A stretch of DNA of 63,966 nucleotides, counting the filler, from Octopus bimaculoides (taxonomy: Eukaryota), in assembly GCF_001194135.2 (NCBI RefSeq). It is 5 parts of 5 records of this genome, joined end to end, with 100 filler letters (N's around TTAATTAATTAA, not from the genome) between each part and the next. Parts side by side here need not be neighbours in the genome. Positions count along the whole stretch, not along the records: positions 1 to 24,506 come from NC_069002.1; positions 24,607 to 33,147 come from NC_068991.1; 3 more parts are not named here. One strand, given 5' to 3'. Below, in pieces: positions 13,998-26,479 of the stretch. Below the pieces are notes generated by a model that did not search any database, was not told the origin of the DNA, and saw nothing but the letters and a program-made list of their open reading frames with translations. The number at the start of each line of letters is the position of its first letter. The first letter of the stretch is position 1. A program made the position numbers and the translations under genes.

Positions 13998-14168
13998 CTG
14001 ATAAACCGGATATTATTGTAAAAAGATCAGACAGAGAAGACGTGTTTATTAATTGACATGAGTATTCCCTGTGATTATAATATAGCGGCGAAAGAATTTG
14101 ACAAGATCAGTAAATATAAAGACTTGCTAATAGAAATTGAAAAAATGTGGCACCTCAAGGCGACTACC
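13998..14168 (+). mobile_element. R4/Dong-type RLE fragment (second lineage)
   Basis: KPDIIVK/DQTEKTCLLIDMSIPCDYNIAAKEFDKISKYKDLLIEIEKMWHLK (one frameshift). Confidence 0.85.
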
Positions 14169-15697
14169 GACGCAGCTGCGTTTTGCTTGTGGTTTTAGGG
14201 AAGATTGAAAGGTTACCTGCAATTAAGGTCTCAGCCATAAACCAGCATGTCTTGGAATATTTACACTTACATCCCTGAAATAAATTTTCAGGATTTACCA
14301 TATAAAATGATATTTGAAAAAATCGCGTTTGTTTTGCGGTTCAGTGTATATTCACACCTATATACTCAGACAGACGCATACTTATAAACATACATACATA
14401 CATACATACATACATACATACATGCATACATACACGCACACACATTCCTAAACATCAGGCGAATGATAAGACCTTGAGACACGTGATACTTTATTTCCCT
14501 ACGCGAAAGGCTTAAATTCCTGGTTCTCGTTTCCTCTAAGATATCAGTGCCTTTGGCAAATCTGAATTTAAAGTCAAATCAGATTCGCCAATAACGGTTC
14601 GCAGCCATTTGAAATTTGCTTCGTATTTTATTCATAATTGCAAGATAATATACAAATTGCAAATATCTTGAGAATGATTGTTGAGGAACAGTTGAAGGAA
14701 GCGGATTCTGAGATGAAACTCGAGATACTTCATAGAAATTCTTTCATCATTATACTTCTCAGACGAAAAGAAACAGACAACATATCACACGCATAGAAAC
14801 ACTACAAAAGCACATATATACAAGCACAAAGGTATGTATATATATATNNNNNNNNNNNNNNNNNNNNNNNNNNNNNNNNNNNNNNNNNNNNNNNNNNNNN
14901 NNNNNNNNNNNNNNNNNNNNNNNNNNNNNNNNNNNNNNNNNNNNNNNNNNNNNNNNNNNNNNNNNNNNNNNNNNNNNNNNNNNNNNNNNNNNNNNNNNNN
15001 NNNNNNNNNNNNNNNNNNNNNNNNNNNNNNNNNNNNNNNNNNNNNNNNNNNNNNNNNNNNNNNNNNNNNNNNNNNNNNNNNNNNNNNNNNNNNNNNNNNN
15101 NNNNNNNNNNNNNNNNNNNNNNNNNNNNNNNNNNNNNNNNNNNNNNNNNNNNNNNNNNNNNNNNNNNNNNNNNNNNNNNNNNNNNNNNNNNNNNNNNNNN
15201 NNNNNNNNNNNNNNNNNNNNNNNNNNNNNNNNNNNNNNNNNNNNNNNNNNNNNNNNNNNNNNNNNNNNNNNNNNNNNNNNNNNNNNNNNNNNNNNNNNNN
15301 NNNNNNNNNNNNNNNNNNNNNNNNNNNNNNNNNNNNNNNNNNNNNNNNNNNNNNNNNNNNNNNNNNNNNNNNNNNNNNNNNNNNNNNNNNNNNNNNNNNN
15401 NNNNNNNNNNNNNNNNNNNNNNNNNNNNNNNNNNNNNNNNNNNNNNNNNNNNNNNNNNNNNNNNNNNNNNNNNNNNNNNNNNNNNNNNNNNNNNNNNNNN
15501 NNNNNNNNNNNNNNNNNNNNNNNNNNNNNNNNNNNNNNNNNNNNNNNNNNNNNNNNNNNNNNNNNNNNNNNNNNNNNNNNNNNNNNNNNNNNNNNNNNNN
15601 NNNNNNNNNNNNNNNNNNNNNNNNNNNNNNNNNNNNNNNNNNNNNNNNNNNNNNNNNNNNNNNNNNNNNNNNNNNNNNNNNNNNNNNNNNNNNNNNN

Positions 15698-15754
<57 letters not shown>

Positions 15755-16020
15755 ATATATATATGTATATATATGTATATATGTATAGATCTATATATGT
15801 ATATGTATGCATATATATATGTATACATATATATGTATATATATATAAATATGTATGGATATATATATATGTATATATATGTATATATATATCCATATAT
15901 ATATATATATGCATATATACATATGTATATATATGGATATAAATATGTATATATATGGATGGATATATATATGTATATGTATGGATATATATGTATCTAT
16001 ATACATACATATATAAATAA

Positions 16021-16491
16021 CATGCAGTTCAATGCAAAAAAATTTCAAGACTGCGCTACAAGGCCAGAAGTGTCTCCCAACTGGCATACACAGGACCTGG
16101 AGGTACTGCAATCCCAGAACCACAAACAGTAAGAGACCTGGGCATCAACATGTGTAGTGATGCATCATTTCACATGCACATTGTCAAGTTGACAGCAAAG
16201 TGCAGACAACTGGCAGGGTGGATACTGAAGACATTCCGAACAAGGGATCAAAAAAGTCATGTTGACTCTATGGAAGACATTTGTTCTGAGCCGCCTAGAC
16301 TATTGCTCTCAGTTGTGGTCTCCACACAGTGTCTAGCGGACAGCAGAACTCGAGGCAATTCAGCGTCACTATACAAAAAAGATCGCCACAGTCCAACACA
16401 TGAACTACAGGGAGCGACTGAAGGCACTAGGTCTCTACTCCCTGGAGCGCAGGCGGGAGAGATATGTAATAGTATACATATGGAAAATACT
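16021..16491 (+). mobile_element. CR1/L2-group LINE fragment (RT C-terminal region)
   Basis: MQFNAKKFQ...[18 protein letters not shown]...GWILKTFRTRD/VMLTLWKTFVLSRLDYCSQLWSP...LEAIQRHYTKKI...YRERLKALGLYSLERRRERY. Confidence 0.9.
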
Positions 16492-17235
16492 NNNNNNNNN
16501 NNNNNNNNNNNNNNNNNNNNNNNNNNNNNNNNNNNNNNNNNNNNNNNNNNNNNNNNNNNNNNNNNNNNNNNNNNNNNNNNNNNNNNNNNNNNNNNNNNNN
16601 NNNNNNNNNNNNNNNNNNNNNNNNNNNNNNNNNNNNNNNNNNNNNNNNNNNNNNNNNNNNNNNNNNNNNNNNNNNNNNNNNNNNNNNNNNNNNNNNNNNN
16701 NNNNNNNNNNNNNNNNNNNNNNNNNNNNNNNNNNNNNNNNNNNNNNNNNNNNNNNNNNNNNNNNNNNNNNNNNNNNNNNNNNNNNNNNNNNNNNNNNNNN
16801 NNNNNNNNNNNNNNNNNNNNNNNNNNNNNNNNNNNNNNNNNNNNNNNNNNNNNNNNNNNNNNNNNNNNNNNNNNNNNNNNNNNNNNNNNNNNNNNNNNNN
16901 NNNNNNNNNNNNNNNNNNNNNNNNNNNNNNNNNNNNNNNNNNNNNNNNNNNNNNNNNNNNNNNNNNNNNNNNNNNNNNNNNNNNNNNNNNNNNNNNNNNN
17001 NNNNNNNNNNNNNNNNNNNNNNNNNNNNNNNNNNNNNNNNNNNNNNNNNNNNNNNNNNNNNNNNNNNNNNNNNNNNNNNNNNNNNNNNNNNNNNNNNNNN
17101 NNNNNNNNNNNNNNNNNNNNNNNNNNNNNNNNNNNNNNNNNNNNNNNNNNNNNNNNNNNNNNNNNNNNNNNNNNNNNNNNNNNNNNNNNNNNNNNNNNNN
17201 NNNNNNNNNNNNNNNNNNNNTGTATATATATATGT

Positions 17236-17545
17236 GTGTATATATAAATATATATATAATTTTCTTTTCAGAATGAGATAAAAATCCAAGGCTATGAAGA
17301 TTTTAGAACATTTATAAATAGAAGGTCTTGCAGCCCTTTCCCGAATATTTTTTATATTCCTTCATCGGAGACGGTGTGAGAAAATGGTGACGCAATAATT
17401 AATTTAGATCACACCGTCTCCGATGAAGGGATATAAAAAAAATACCGCGGAAACAGCTGTAAGACCTTCTATTTATAAATGTTCTAAAATCGTCACAGCC
17501 TTGGATTTGTGTCTCATTCTGAAAAATTTTATTTTATATATACAC
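17236..17545. repeat. Long imperfect palindrome (core arms ~115 bp, 29-bp spacer)
   Basis: Arm 17266-17379 is the reverse complement of 17409-17525; looser pairing extends to ~17236 and ~17545. Confidence 0.92.
17416..17465 (+). ncRNA. Minimal type-I hammerhead-like motif (U4C core); a more decayed mirror copy lies on the minus strand at ~17323-17372
   Basis: GTCT-CCGATGA-A-GGGATAT..ATACCGC-G-GAAAC-AGCT-GTA-AGAC: 4-bp stem I GTCT/AGAC, palindromic AGCT helix-III loop, weak stem II. Confidence 0.5.
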
Positions 17546-17994
17546 AGCCTTCTTATGGAAAAACCACAGTGCCTTATTTAATATTATCGGATTAATCGAT
17601 CCATAAATATTACTTATAAATAGAGAAATATTACACCGGATAACGTTAAGAAAGCAGTATGGATTTTAAATTTTGAATTTGATTTTGTTCGATTAATTCA
17701 CTATGTGTTTTTTTGAGGTTTTTTCGTTCTAAAGAAACTTATTCCTGATGAAGTGTATGGCAACTGATATATTTAACTTATATTTAGTGGTTAAATATAG
17801 CTGTATACAGAAATGTTAACATCGGATTAATACATGGATATAAATATAAACATCGGTGTCAAATCTCTTTCTTAAATGTAAAAATTTAAAACTTTGGTTA
17901 TATATATCTTTCTATTATTCGAAGTGAACAGCACTATATATTCATTACTACCATCTCTGAAGAGATGGTAGTTATAGAATGAAATATGGCAACT

Positions 17995-18250
17995 GCATGC
18001 CGAACCACTAAGTTCCCGATATGTAAACAAACCAACACCAGGTGTCAAACATTGTGGAGGGGTAACAAACACAAAGACACGCACACATATGCATATATGT
18101 CTATACGACGGGTTTCCACACAGTTACCGTCTACTTACAAGGCACTGGGTGACCCATGGCCATAGTAGGAGACACCCAAGTTGCTACGAAGTAGGACTGA
18201 ACCTAAAACCCGCATGGTTGTACGGTGAGCTTCTTAACCACACAGTTGTG
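17995..18250 (-). mobile_element. tRNA-derived SINE family B, diverged
   Basis: Reverse complement of the family body (GGACTGAACC head, GACGGG, CCGAACCACTAAGTT segments). Confidence 0.75.
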
Positions 18251-18257
18251 TCGAGAC

Positions 18258-18448
18258 CAGTGTTTCTCAACCTTTTTCATGTTCGGGTCAGATACAAAAC
18301 CTGGAATTTTCTTGAGGTCGCTCCAAAAATAGAAAAACAGAAATCAATTAAAGAAACATTAAATTCATGGAATGAAGACACTTGGGGGCCGCCAGAAAGA
18401 TGGATGCGGGTTGTGTGCTCCCCTGGGAGCCGCGATTAATAAGTGCTG
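18258..18448. mobile_element. Possible hAT-type MITE remnant
   Basis: Starts CAGTGTTTCTCAACC (typical hAT end); degenerate opposite end GCCGCGATTAATAAGTGCTG; no TSD. Confidence 0.4.
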
Positions 18449-18704
18449 ATCAACAATTACATAAACTCAATTTTTGTTTACTCTCTTACGTCTTCCGATC
18501 ATTGGATTCCGACCATGCTGGGGCATAACCTTGATGGGTTCAATCGATCACATCAACTCTAGTATTTAATTGAGACCTGGTTCGTATTCTGACTATCGTT
18601 CTGTATTTTCTGAATGGTTAAGTTATGGAGACAAGCAATCCAACATCGGTTATCATGCAGTGAGAGACAAGAAGAAAGCCACCCTCACTCACTCACACAC
18701 ACAC

Positions 18705-18752
<48 letters not shown>

Positions 18753-18914
18753 ACATGCACACGCACACACATACTCTACCATATCTGCGCACACACGCAT
18801 ATGTACGAAGGGCTTACACAGTTTCTAAATACCAAATTCATTCTGCATCAGCAAAACCATCAAAGACAACGTGAACAACAGGAACAACAAAAACAACAGT
18901 AATAACAACACGCC

Positions 18915-20140
18915 ACTATGATTTACAGCAACAACACTAACAACACAAGCATCACAACTGTCATGACAAATGCAGACTCATTTGTGAATGTTGTGCAACA
19001 AAAGGAGGAAGAACTTACGCTTGACAGCGAGTTTAGTAAAGAAAAGAAATTCTACGCCATAAGACCAAACTTGTTCGCTTTACCAGCAGAAGAAAAGGAA
19101 AAGATTAGGAAAAACTCTAATTGATGGGTGTATGAATATAATGTTCCAGAAAAGTCGATAATCCGGAAACTAATAAAAGCTGAGAAATTCGCAAAGAAGA
19201 TGTAAATCTTGGTATGGATATCTAAAGAAAGGATAAAGATTTGAGCGTAAGTCGTTCACAATGCTTTAATGGAGAGAAAGCGAAAGGAATAGACTCAAAT
19301 TCGTGCCACGCAGATGAATTTTTCTTGATTCCATCATATCCAGGAGGACGCGTAGGTAACGTAATATTTTCAAATGTGCCAACAGGGTTGAATATGAAAT
19401 ATTTTAACATGATCTTAGAAGACTAAAAACCAACATAGATATAACCTTTCTCCTCTCCCCACACCTGAAGAATTGGGCAGGAGTGAAAATGAGAGGCAGA
19501 GATACTGATTGCACGAGAAAATATTCAGAAAATATTCTGCATGGAGATGGTAAACCCATCAGAGTTGTGATAGATGAGAAGACAATCAAGTGTTACCCTC
19601 GACGTAGAAGTAAATACCAGAAGGTTTTTTGTTTTCAGGCAAACTTCTTTATTGCCTGGATCACCACAATAACTCTAACTACGACTACAGCAACAGCAGC
19701 TGTAACAGCAGCAACGTCAACAGCAGCAACATCAACAGCAGCAACAGCAGCTGTAACAGCAACAGCAGCTGTAACAGCAGCAACGTCAACAGCAGCAACA
19801 GCATTAGCAAGAAGACCTGCAAAAAAACAAGTAAAAAGTGAGAAGGCTTCCACCAACCTCGAAAGAGAAAGACTCACAAAAGTGCCCTGCTTCTTCTCAA
19901 ACCCAACAACAACAACATCAGTACCAATATTGTCAAGTTGCACAGGAGCACACACATGCATCAACTCACCTCCATGTGAAACGTGTCAAGCAATCATCAG
20001 TGGCCAAAAGAGAGAAAATTAAACAGGTGAGAGGGTGGATTTGTAGCAGAAAAGACCAGTGATGTTCTTAGTGAAATTCTGAGTTTAGATGGAAAGGAAC
20101 AGGGAAACTTTCGAATGGGAGACTCTTATGGGTAATCTAG
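18915..20140 (+). pseudogene. Decayed ORF1 (gag-like) of an L1/Tx1-like non-LTR element
   Basis: MTNADSFVNVV...LIPSYPGGRVGNVIFSNVP...IRVVIDEKTIK, then a CX2CX4HX4C-spaced remnant CYPRRRSKYQKVFC (19591-19632), followed by a CAG/ACA low-complexity tract and a K/S-rich tail; many stops. Confidence 0.6.
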
Positions 20141-20148
20141 CAGAAAGG

Positions 20149-20196
<48 letters not shown>

Positions 20197-20198
<2 letters not shown>

Positions 20199-20630
20199 GA
20201 CAGCGAGCTGGCAGAATCGTTAGCACGCTGGGCAAAATGCTTAGCAGCGCTTCGACTGACTTTATGTTCTGAGTTCAATTCGCCGGGGTCGGCTTTGCCT
20301 TTTGTCCTCTCGTACTAGTCAAACACTGGGGTCGATGTAATCGACTATCCCCTTCCCCACACATTTCAGGCCTTGTGCCTCCAGTAGAAAGCATTATTAC
20401 TGTTGAAGCAGCAAGCTGGCAGAATCGCTAGCATGACTGGCAAAATGCATAGCGACATTCTCAGTTCTCAGTTAAAATTCCGCCGTGGCCGTCTTTGACT
20501 TTCATCCTTCTGGGATCGATAAAATATGTATACTAAGGTCGATATATATGAATACTAAGGTCGATATAATCAATTTATCCTCTACCGCTAAATTGCTGAT
20601 CTCGGGCCAAAATCTGAAACCATTATTATC
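20197..20630 (+). mobile_element. Two head-to-tail SINE family C copies after a (TTA)n tract
   Basis: GCGAGCTGGCAGAATCGTTAGCAC head and GTTCTGAGTTCAA B-box-like motif, repeated at ~20405; first copy ends GTAGAAAGCATTATTAC. Confidence 0.85.
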
Positions 20631-20689
20631 ATTAATAATATTAATACGCTGACTTTTTGTTTTTGTACGTACCTGTGGTGTGTGTCACA

Positions 20690-21057
20690 CTTCAAAGAAG
20701 TGACAAAGCGAGAGAGAGGAGGACAGAGAGGAAGTAAGAGAGAAAAAGAGAGAGTGAGAGAGAGGGTAAAAGAGAGAGTGAGTGGTGACGGCATTCGTTT
20801 TGTTTTTAAATGGTTCAGAGAGGAAGTAAGAGAGAAAAAGAGAGAGAGAGTGAAAGAAACAGTGAGTGGTGACGGAGTTCATCGCAAGATAAGTAAATAC
20901 ATGGATACATATACACATTGTTAAATCAAAAGCAGGAGAGAAGAGGGACACAAAGGAAGTGAAAGAGAAAGAGAGAAAGTGAGAGAGAGAGAAAGAGAGA
21001 GAGAGAAAGAGAGAGAGAGAAAGAGAGGAAGAGAAAGAGAGGGAGAGAGAAAGAGAC

Positions 21058-21115
<58 letters not shown>

Positions 21116-21302
21116 GGAGTGAGAGAGAGAGGGAGTGAGAGAGAGAGGGAGTGAGAGAGAGAGGGAGTGAGAAAGAGAGATAGTAGATACATACGCACAG
21201 CAAATATTGGATGTCAATTTCACTTTTGAAGACAAAACAATTCCAGTCAATGGCAAAGCAAAATGTAGGGAGAAAGAGAGAAAGAGAAAGAGAGAGAGAA
21301 AT

Positions 21303-21330
<28 letters not shown>
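20690..21330. repeat. Polypurine (GA)n-rich tract with ~90-bp diverged duplication
   Basis: Long GA/GAAA runs; GAGGAAGTAAGAGAGAAAAAG...GTGAGTGGTGACGG occurs twice. Confidence 0.9.
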
Positions 21331-21333
<3 letters not shown>

Positions 21334-21597
21334 GAAAACTTCGTTGTGGACTGTCTAACGCTTACTGTCTGTCTGTCTGTCTGCCTCTCTCTCAGGTATG
21401 TGTTTGTGCATGTTTATGCATGTATGTGTGTGTTTGTATGTATATGATTGTGTGCGGGATCTCTCTCGGTATACTACCCCCATAATATATGTGTATGTAT
21501 GTATGTATGTATGTATGTATGTATGTATGTATGTATGCATGTATGTATGTATGTATGCATGTATGTATGCATGCATGTATGTCTGTTTGTTTGTGTG

Positions 21598-21619
<22 letters not shown>

Positions 21620-21630
<11 letters not shown>

Positions 21631-21830
21631 TTGTCCCACCACCACCACTGCTTCACACCAATGTTGGTGAGTTTGCATCCCTGTAACTTAGCTGTTCAGC
21701 GGAAGAGACTGTTAGAATAAGCACCAGGTTTGCAGGGAATAAGTCCAGGGGTCAATTTCTTCGACCAAAGGGCGGTGCTCTAGCATGGCAACCGTCAAAT
21801 AACTGAAACAAGTAAAAGAATTAAAAAATA
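21620..21830 (+). mobile_element. SINE family B, 3' half
   Basis: GTAACTTAGC...GAATAAGTCC..GGGGTC...GCGGTGCTCTAGCATGG...ACTGAAACAAGTAAAAGA. Confidence 0.8.
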
Positions 21831-21859
21831 CCATGTGGTAAGTAGCTTTCTTACGCGCA

Positions 21860-23010
21860 TGCGTCACCCAGAGTGCATTTGGTTTGTCGTTTGTGTCGGA
21901 CGTTGGTTCTTGTTGTTGCTTTGAGGGTAGAGACGATGTACTCAGACTTTAGCGGATCTGAGTTGTCTTCAGCAGAGGAGGAGGCTGGTAAGGTCGGTCA
22001 TAAAGATGGACGGAGTGTTGGAGAAGACAAGGAGTTTTGCTGAGGTCACGGAGATGAGGCGAAGGGAGTTGGACTTGGCTGTCTGAAGGAGTATGAGAAG
22101 ATGGTACAGAAGGTGGGAGGGGACGTAAGGTCCCCCAAAGGAATTATGGAGCGAATGGAGTGAAAAACGATCACCTATAAGGTGTTCTCGGTAAAAGGAA
22201 AAAGGCCGAGCAGGTGGAAGCTGAAACGGAAAAGGCGCTAAGGGAGAAGTCGAAAGAAATAATATACATGACTAAAGGAAGGAGATATGGGACAATGGTC
22301 GTCCGATTTAGGACAGTAGAGGAGGCGAGGAGGCTGGTGAGTGTGGCGGTGAAAACAGAGGAAGTAGTGCTTATGCCCACATACCTTGGAAGAAAGACTT
22401 CCAAGGTGAGGGTAGAAGCAATTCCACGGATATAGAAGTGGGTTGGGCAGCAGTAGCTGTCCTTTTTGGAAGCGAGGAGAAGGTGGCTGTCCTCCAAGTC
22501 ACAGAAACGGAACAAGGAGGGTGGAAAGGAAGGACACTTGAACTAATTAGTCAGGCGGAGGAGGGTCAACTGGAGAACTTGGCAGAGACGGTGACGCTGA
22601 GGGAAATCGTGCTGAGGGTGTAGATAGAGGGTAGAGCACCACGTTGTTGTANNNNNNNNNNNNNNNNNNNNNNNNNNNNNNNNNNNNNNNNNNNNNNNNN
22701 NNNNNNNNNNNNNNNNNNNNNNNNNNNNNNNNNNNNNNNNNNNNNNNNNNNNNNNNNNNNNNNNNNNNNNNNNNNNNNNNNNNNNNNNNNNNNNNNNNNN
22801 NNNNNNNNNNNNNNNNNNNNNNNNNNNNNNNNNNNNNNNNNNNNNNNNNNNNNNNNNNNNNNNNNNNNNNNNGTACCCCAGTCCAGTCCATCTCACCCAA
22901 GAGCACTCAGACCAACCCTCCCCATACAGACACCAAACCCACCCACCCCATTTTCCCACAAGAAAAAAAAAGAAAAAGAAGGAACACAAAAGACCCCCCC
23001 TCCCGGTGTA
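21860..23010 (+). pseudogene. Decayed 5' UTR and ORF1 of an L1/Tx1-like non-LTR element
   Basis: MDGVLEKTRSFAEV...IIYMTKGRRYGTMVVRFRTVEEARRL...LMPTYLGRKTSKVRVEAIP...VLRV*IEGRAPRCC (knuckle start, then gap); K/P-rich tail after the gap. Confidence 0.7.
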
Positions 23011-23061
23011 AAAGGTTACGAATGCATGTGTAATGCCTTTATGGCAATTTAAAAGAAATAA

Positions 23062-23408
23062 AATGGTTTCGGGTTCAGTACCACTGCGTGGCACCTTGGG
23101 CAAGTGTCTTCTACTATAGCCTCGGGCCAACCAAAGGCTTGTGAGTGGATTTGGTAGACGGAAACTGAATAAACCCGTCGTATATATGTATTTTTATATA
23201 TGTATGTGTGTGTATATCTGTTTGTGTGTCTGTTTGTCCCCCAACATCGCTTGACAACCGATGTGTTTGCGTCCCCGTAACATAGTGGTTCGGTAAAAGA
23301 GACCGATAAAATAAGTACTAGGCTTACAAAGAATAAGTCCTGGGATCGATTTGCTTGACTAAATGTGGTGCTCCAGCATGGCCACAGTCAAAAAAAGAGT
23401 AAAAGAGT
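23062..23408 (+). mobile_element. SINE family B, near full length
   Basis: GGGTTCAGTACCACTGCGTGGCACCTTGGGCAAGTGTCTTCTACTATAGCCTCGGGCC, an internal TA/TG microsatellite, and an AAGAGTAAAAGAGTA tail. Confidence 0.9.
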
Positions 23409-23559
23409 ACCACCAAACCAAGAAGGTTCTATGAATATGTACGATGTATTCTGAAGTTAAATAGTAATTCTGTTTACGCTTGTGTAACTGAGATATTTTG
23501 GTTGGATTATATAGTCATTGGTGATATACTACTTTCTATATTCTGTAACTGTCACAATA

Positions 23560-23710
23560 TACTTTTCTAGGCCTGAAATTTTTGTGACGAGGAGGCCAGT
23601 TGATTAGATCGAACCAGTACACACCTGATACTTAATCTAGCACCCCAAAGGACGAAAGGCAAAGTCGACTTCAGTAGATTTTGACCTCAGGACGTAAAGA
23701 CAGACGGTCA
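23560..23710 (-). mobile_element. SINE family C, diverged
   Basis: GCCTGAAATTTT...GACGAAAGGCAAAGTCGAC...GACGTAAAGACAGACG. Confidence 0.7.
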
Positions 23711-24043
23711 TAATATACAAACACTTCCCATGGCACCAGTACACTGTTTACAGATGCTTACATTTTTAATGTTTTCCGTGAACTTTTCACGGGTCCAGTT
23801 TTGTGGTACGGAACGTTTTTCTGATATTTTTTTAATTCTTTTACTTGTTTCAGTCATTTGACGGTGGTCATGCTAGAGCACCACCCTTTAGCTGAAGAAA
23901 TTCACCCCTGGACTTATTATTACTTACCTTATGAAAAAATTACAGTCCACAAAACTTTAAATCTTAACTGATAACGAATGTTAGTGGGACACACATGCAC
24001 ACACACACACACATATACATACATATGTGTGTCATTATATATA

Positions 24044-24506
24044 TATAAAGACCCCTCCTCTCATTCAAACGAGCCCACAACCTACGAGACCTCTTGGTCA
24101 ACAGCTTCTTCCCCAACCCAACCTCCCAATTTGGCTCATTCTCCTGCTCCCGCCTACGCTGCCGCACTTGCCCTTACCTCTCCAACACCACCCTCCTCAC
24201 CGGCACCCACCAACGACCCTATCACATCACCGACTCCTTCACCTGCACTTCTACCAATATCATCTATTGCACTCCTGCTCTGTCTGCCATTCTCTGTACA
24301 TCGGACAAACGGGACGCCGCTTGGCTGATCGGTTCGCGGAACACCTCCGAGACATCTGCCGAGGCAATGACACCCCGGTCTCATGACATTTCCACTTTAC
24401 CGGTCACTCTTTGCAACACTTGTCCGTGTTCGGATTCTCCTCGCACAGGGGCCATCCGGACTCCCGTTTGCGACGTGAACAGGGATTAATCTCTCTTCGA
24501 TCCTTT
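24044..24506 (+). mobile_element. Penelope-like element fragment: Cys-rich linker plus GIY-YIG endonuclease (probably Neptune clade)
   Basis: PLLSFKRAHNLRDLLVNS...CSRLRCRTCPY...ITDSFTCTSTNIIYC/CSVCHSLYIGQTGRRLADRFAEHLRDI...HFHFTGHS; one frameshift; runs into a gap. Confidence 0.92.
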
Positions 24507-24606
24507 NNNNNNNNNNNNNNNNNNNNNNNNNNNNNNNNNNNNNNNNNNNNTTAATTAATTAANNNNNNNNNNNNNNNNNNNNNNNNNNNNNNNNNNNNNN
24601 NNNNNN
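24507..24606. other. Artificial 100-bp gap spacer N44-TTAATTAATTAA-N44 (also 33148-33247, 51907-52006, 57606-57705)
   Basis: Identical geometry four times; the 12-mer places TAA in all six frames. Confidence 0.95.
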
Positions 24607-24735
24607 AACTGGTGCTTATTTTTACGACCCTGAGAGGATGAAGGGCAAAGTCGACCTCAGTGGTATTTGAGCTCAAGACGTAATGACGGACGAAATGCCG
24701 CTAAGCTTTTTGCCTGATGTACCAGTTCACTGCCT
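24607..24735 (-). mobile_element. SINE family C fragment
   Basis: AACTGGTGCTTATTTTTACGACCCTGAGAGGATGAAGGGCAAAGTCGACC...GAAATGCCGCTAAGC. Confidence 0.75.
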
Positions 24736-26072
24736 CTCAAACTTTACAATATGCAGTAAACGCCCTCCTATTCTCTCTCCTATCTTAATCGTTGAACCGA
24801 GTGGGCCTTAAACCCAGGGTGCAGCAAGCCGGGGCAAATACAGCAATTATTTCTACCCAACGCATTAACATACCTGACAGTTCGTCATATACACTAAACC
24901 TCCTCCCATCCGATACCACTGGGACCGAAATGTTGCCGGATGACTAAATTTTCCGGATATCTGATCATGAATATTAAAATTATTGTTGCATCATACGAAG
25001 CTCATTATAGCTCTGTATAAACATCATTATTATCATTAAGATTCTGAATAGAGTAGATATGAAAGAAATACGGAGAAATAAACATATAATTTAAATAAAG
25101 AACTAATTTAATTAACCTGGTAAAATAGAGGCTCTGTAAATTCAGTAAAATAAACATTGTACTTTGAGAACATCCATTTTAGACATGATAGAAACTTTCT
25201 TTCCTTTAATGACAATTAATTAATTAACACAAATTCTCTTGACTTTAATTAACAATACATTTTATTTTTATTTTTTCTCTGGATGATGTTTATTTGAGAG
25301 TTACAATTATTTGAGTTTTGGATAAGAAAGATGTTTCTGTATTCGGAGAATTTTTATGAATGCTAGACATTAATAACTTCGCCAAAAATAAACATAAAAG
25401 ACTAAGGTTCTTTGTTCTGAACATGAGAATACATGAGAATACTCCGGCACTCCCGACAGGTTGTCTTTAGAAAAGTGAAGTCAAACCTTTTCTATGCATA
25501 GCACCCTTACGAAATATTTGTTTAATTTTTGCACCTTTATGTAGCAACAGCACGATAAAGTGATGGCTTGTTGCCAACTTAATGTGGCAGCCCCAGGAAA
25601 GAGAAGGATCTTACTGTTATTTACCCCAAGAAACACCGTTTCTAGCTGGCTACGCGACACAAGCATTCTGTGTCCTTACGTTTTCAAACAGGGGAGATAA
25701 GTACCTCCACCCAACAAATCCAGAACCTAGAGACTACTTAAAAATAAAGTGTCCATCAAGTACTGGAGTCGAAGGTATCAACTAACTTCTCCCTTGAAAT
25801 TGTTGGCCGTGTGCATGAATCAGAAAACATTATTATTGATACGGTTTCCTTTTTTTTAAGACACTAAGGTGGGATTGCAGGAAAATTTAGCTGCTATTTC
25901 GTGCTGGAAAATTGACCAAAAAGAAACACAATCGATCAGTTTTTCAGTGGTTAACCATAATTCCCTTTGCGTTTCTCTATAAATGAGGCCTTCCATTGTA
26001 CTTGATATTGGTTGACCTTAGATGTATTGGTAGTAGTGATAGTCGTAGTAATATGGATGACGACGATGATAC

Positions 26073-26114
<42 letters not shown>

Positions 26115-26298
26115 CGATGATGATGATGTTGATGATGATGAGGATAAACAAAAAAAAAATAACAAATAATAAAAATACAACACAAAGGACAAAAAACATA
26201 GTTTTATCGTGGAACGGCAAAATCGTAAAGTTTTGAAAATCAATTCTCTTTAATAACGCCTCGAAGAAGAAGATGAAAATGCCATAATACCTGATCTG

Positions 26299-26365
<67 letters not shown>

Positions 26366-26479
26366 ATAATATTTTATCTTCTTGCTTGCTTTTATGTTTG
26401 TTTTCTTAATTTTTATGTTTGCTAGATTATTCACCTTCCATACACCATACACCGTACTCCATACAATATACTCCATAAT

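Noticed and set aside
14553-14591. Short hairpin TTGGCAAATCTGA.../...TCAGATTCGCCAA
   Set aside because: At 39 nt it is too short for a pre-miRNA and has no supporting context.
24551-24562. TTAATTAATTAA islands inside gaps (four times)
   Set aside because: Fixed N44-12mer-N44 geometry with six-frame stops indicates a scaffolding spacer, not biology.
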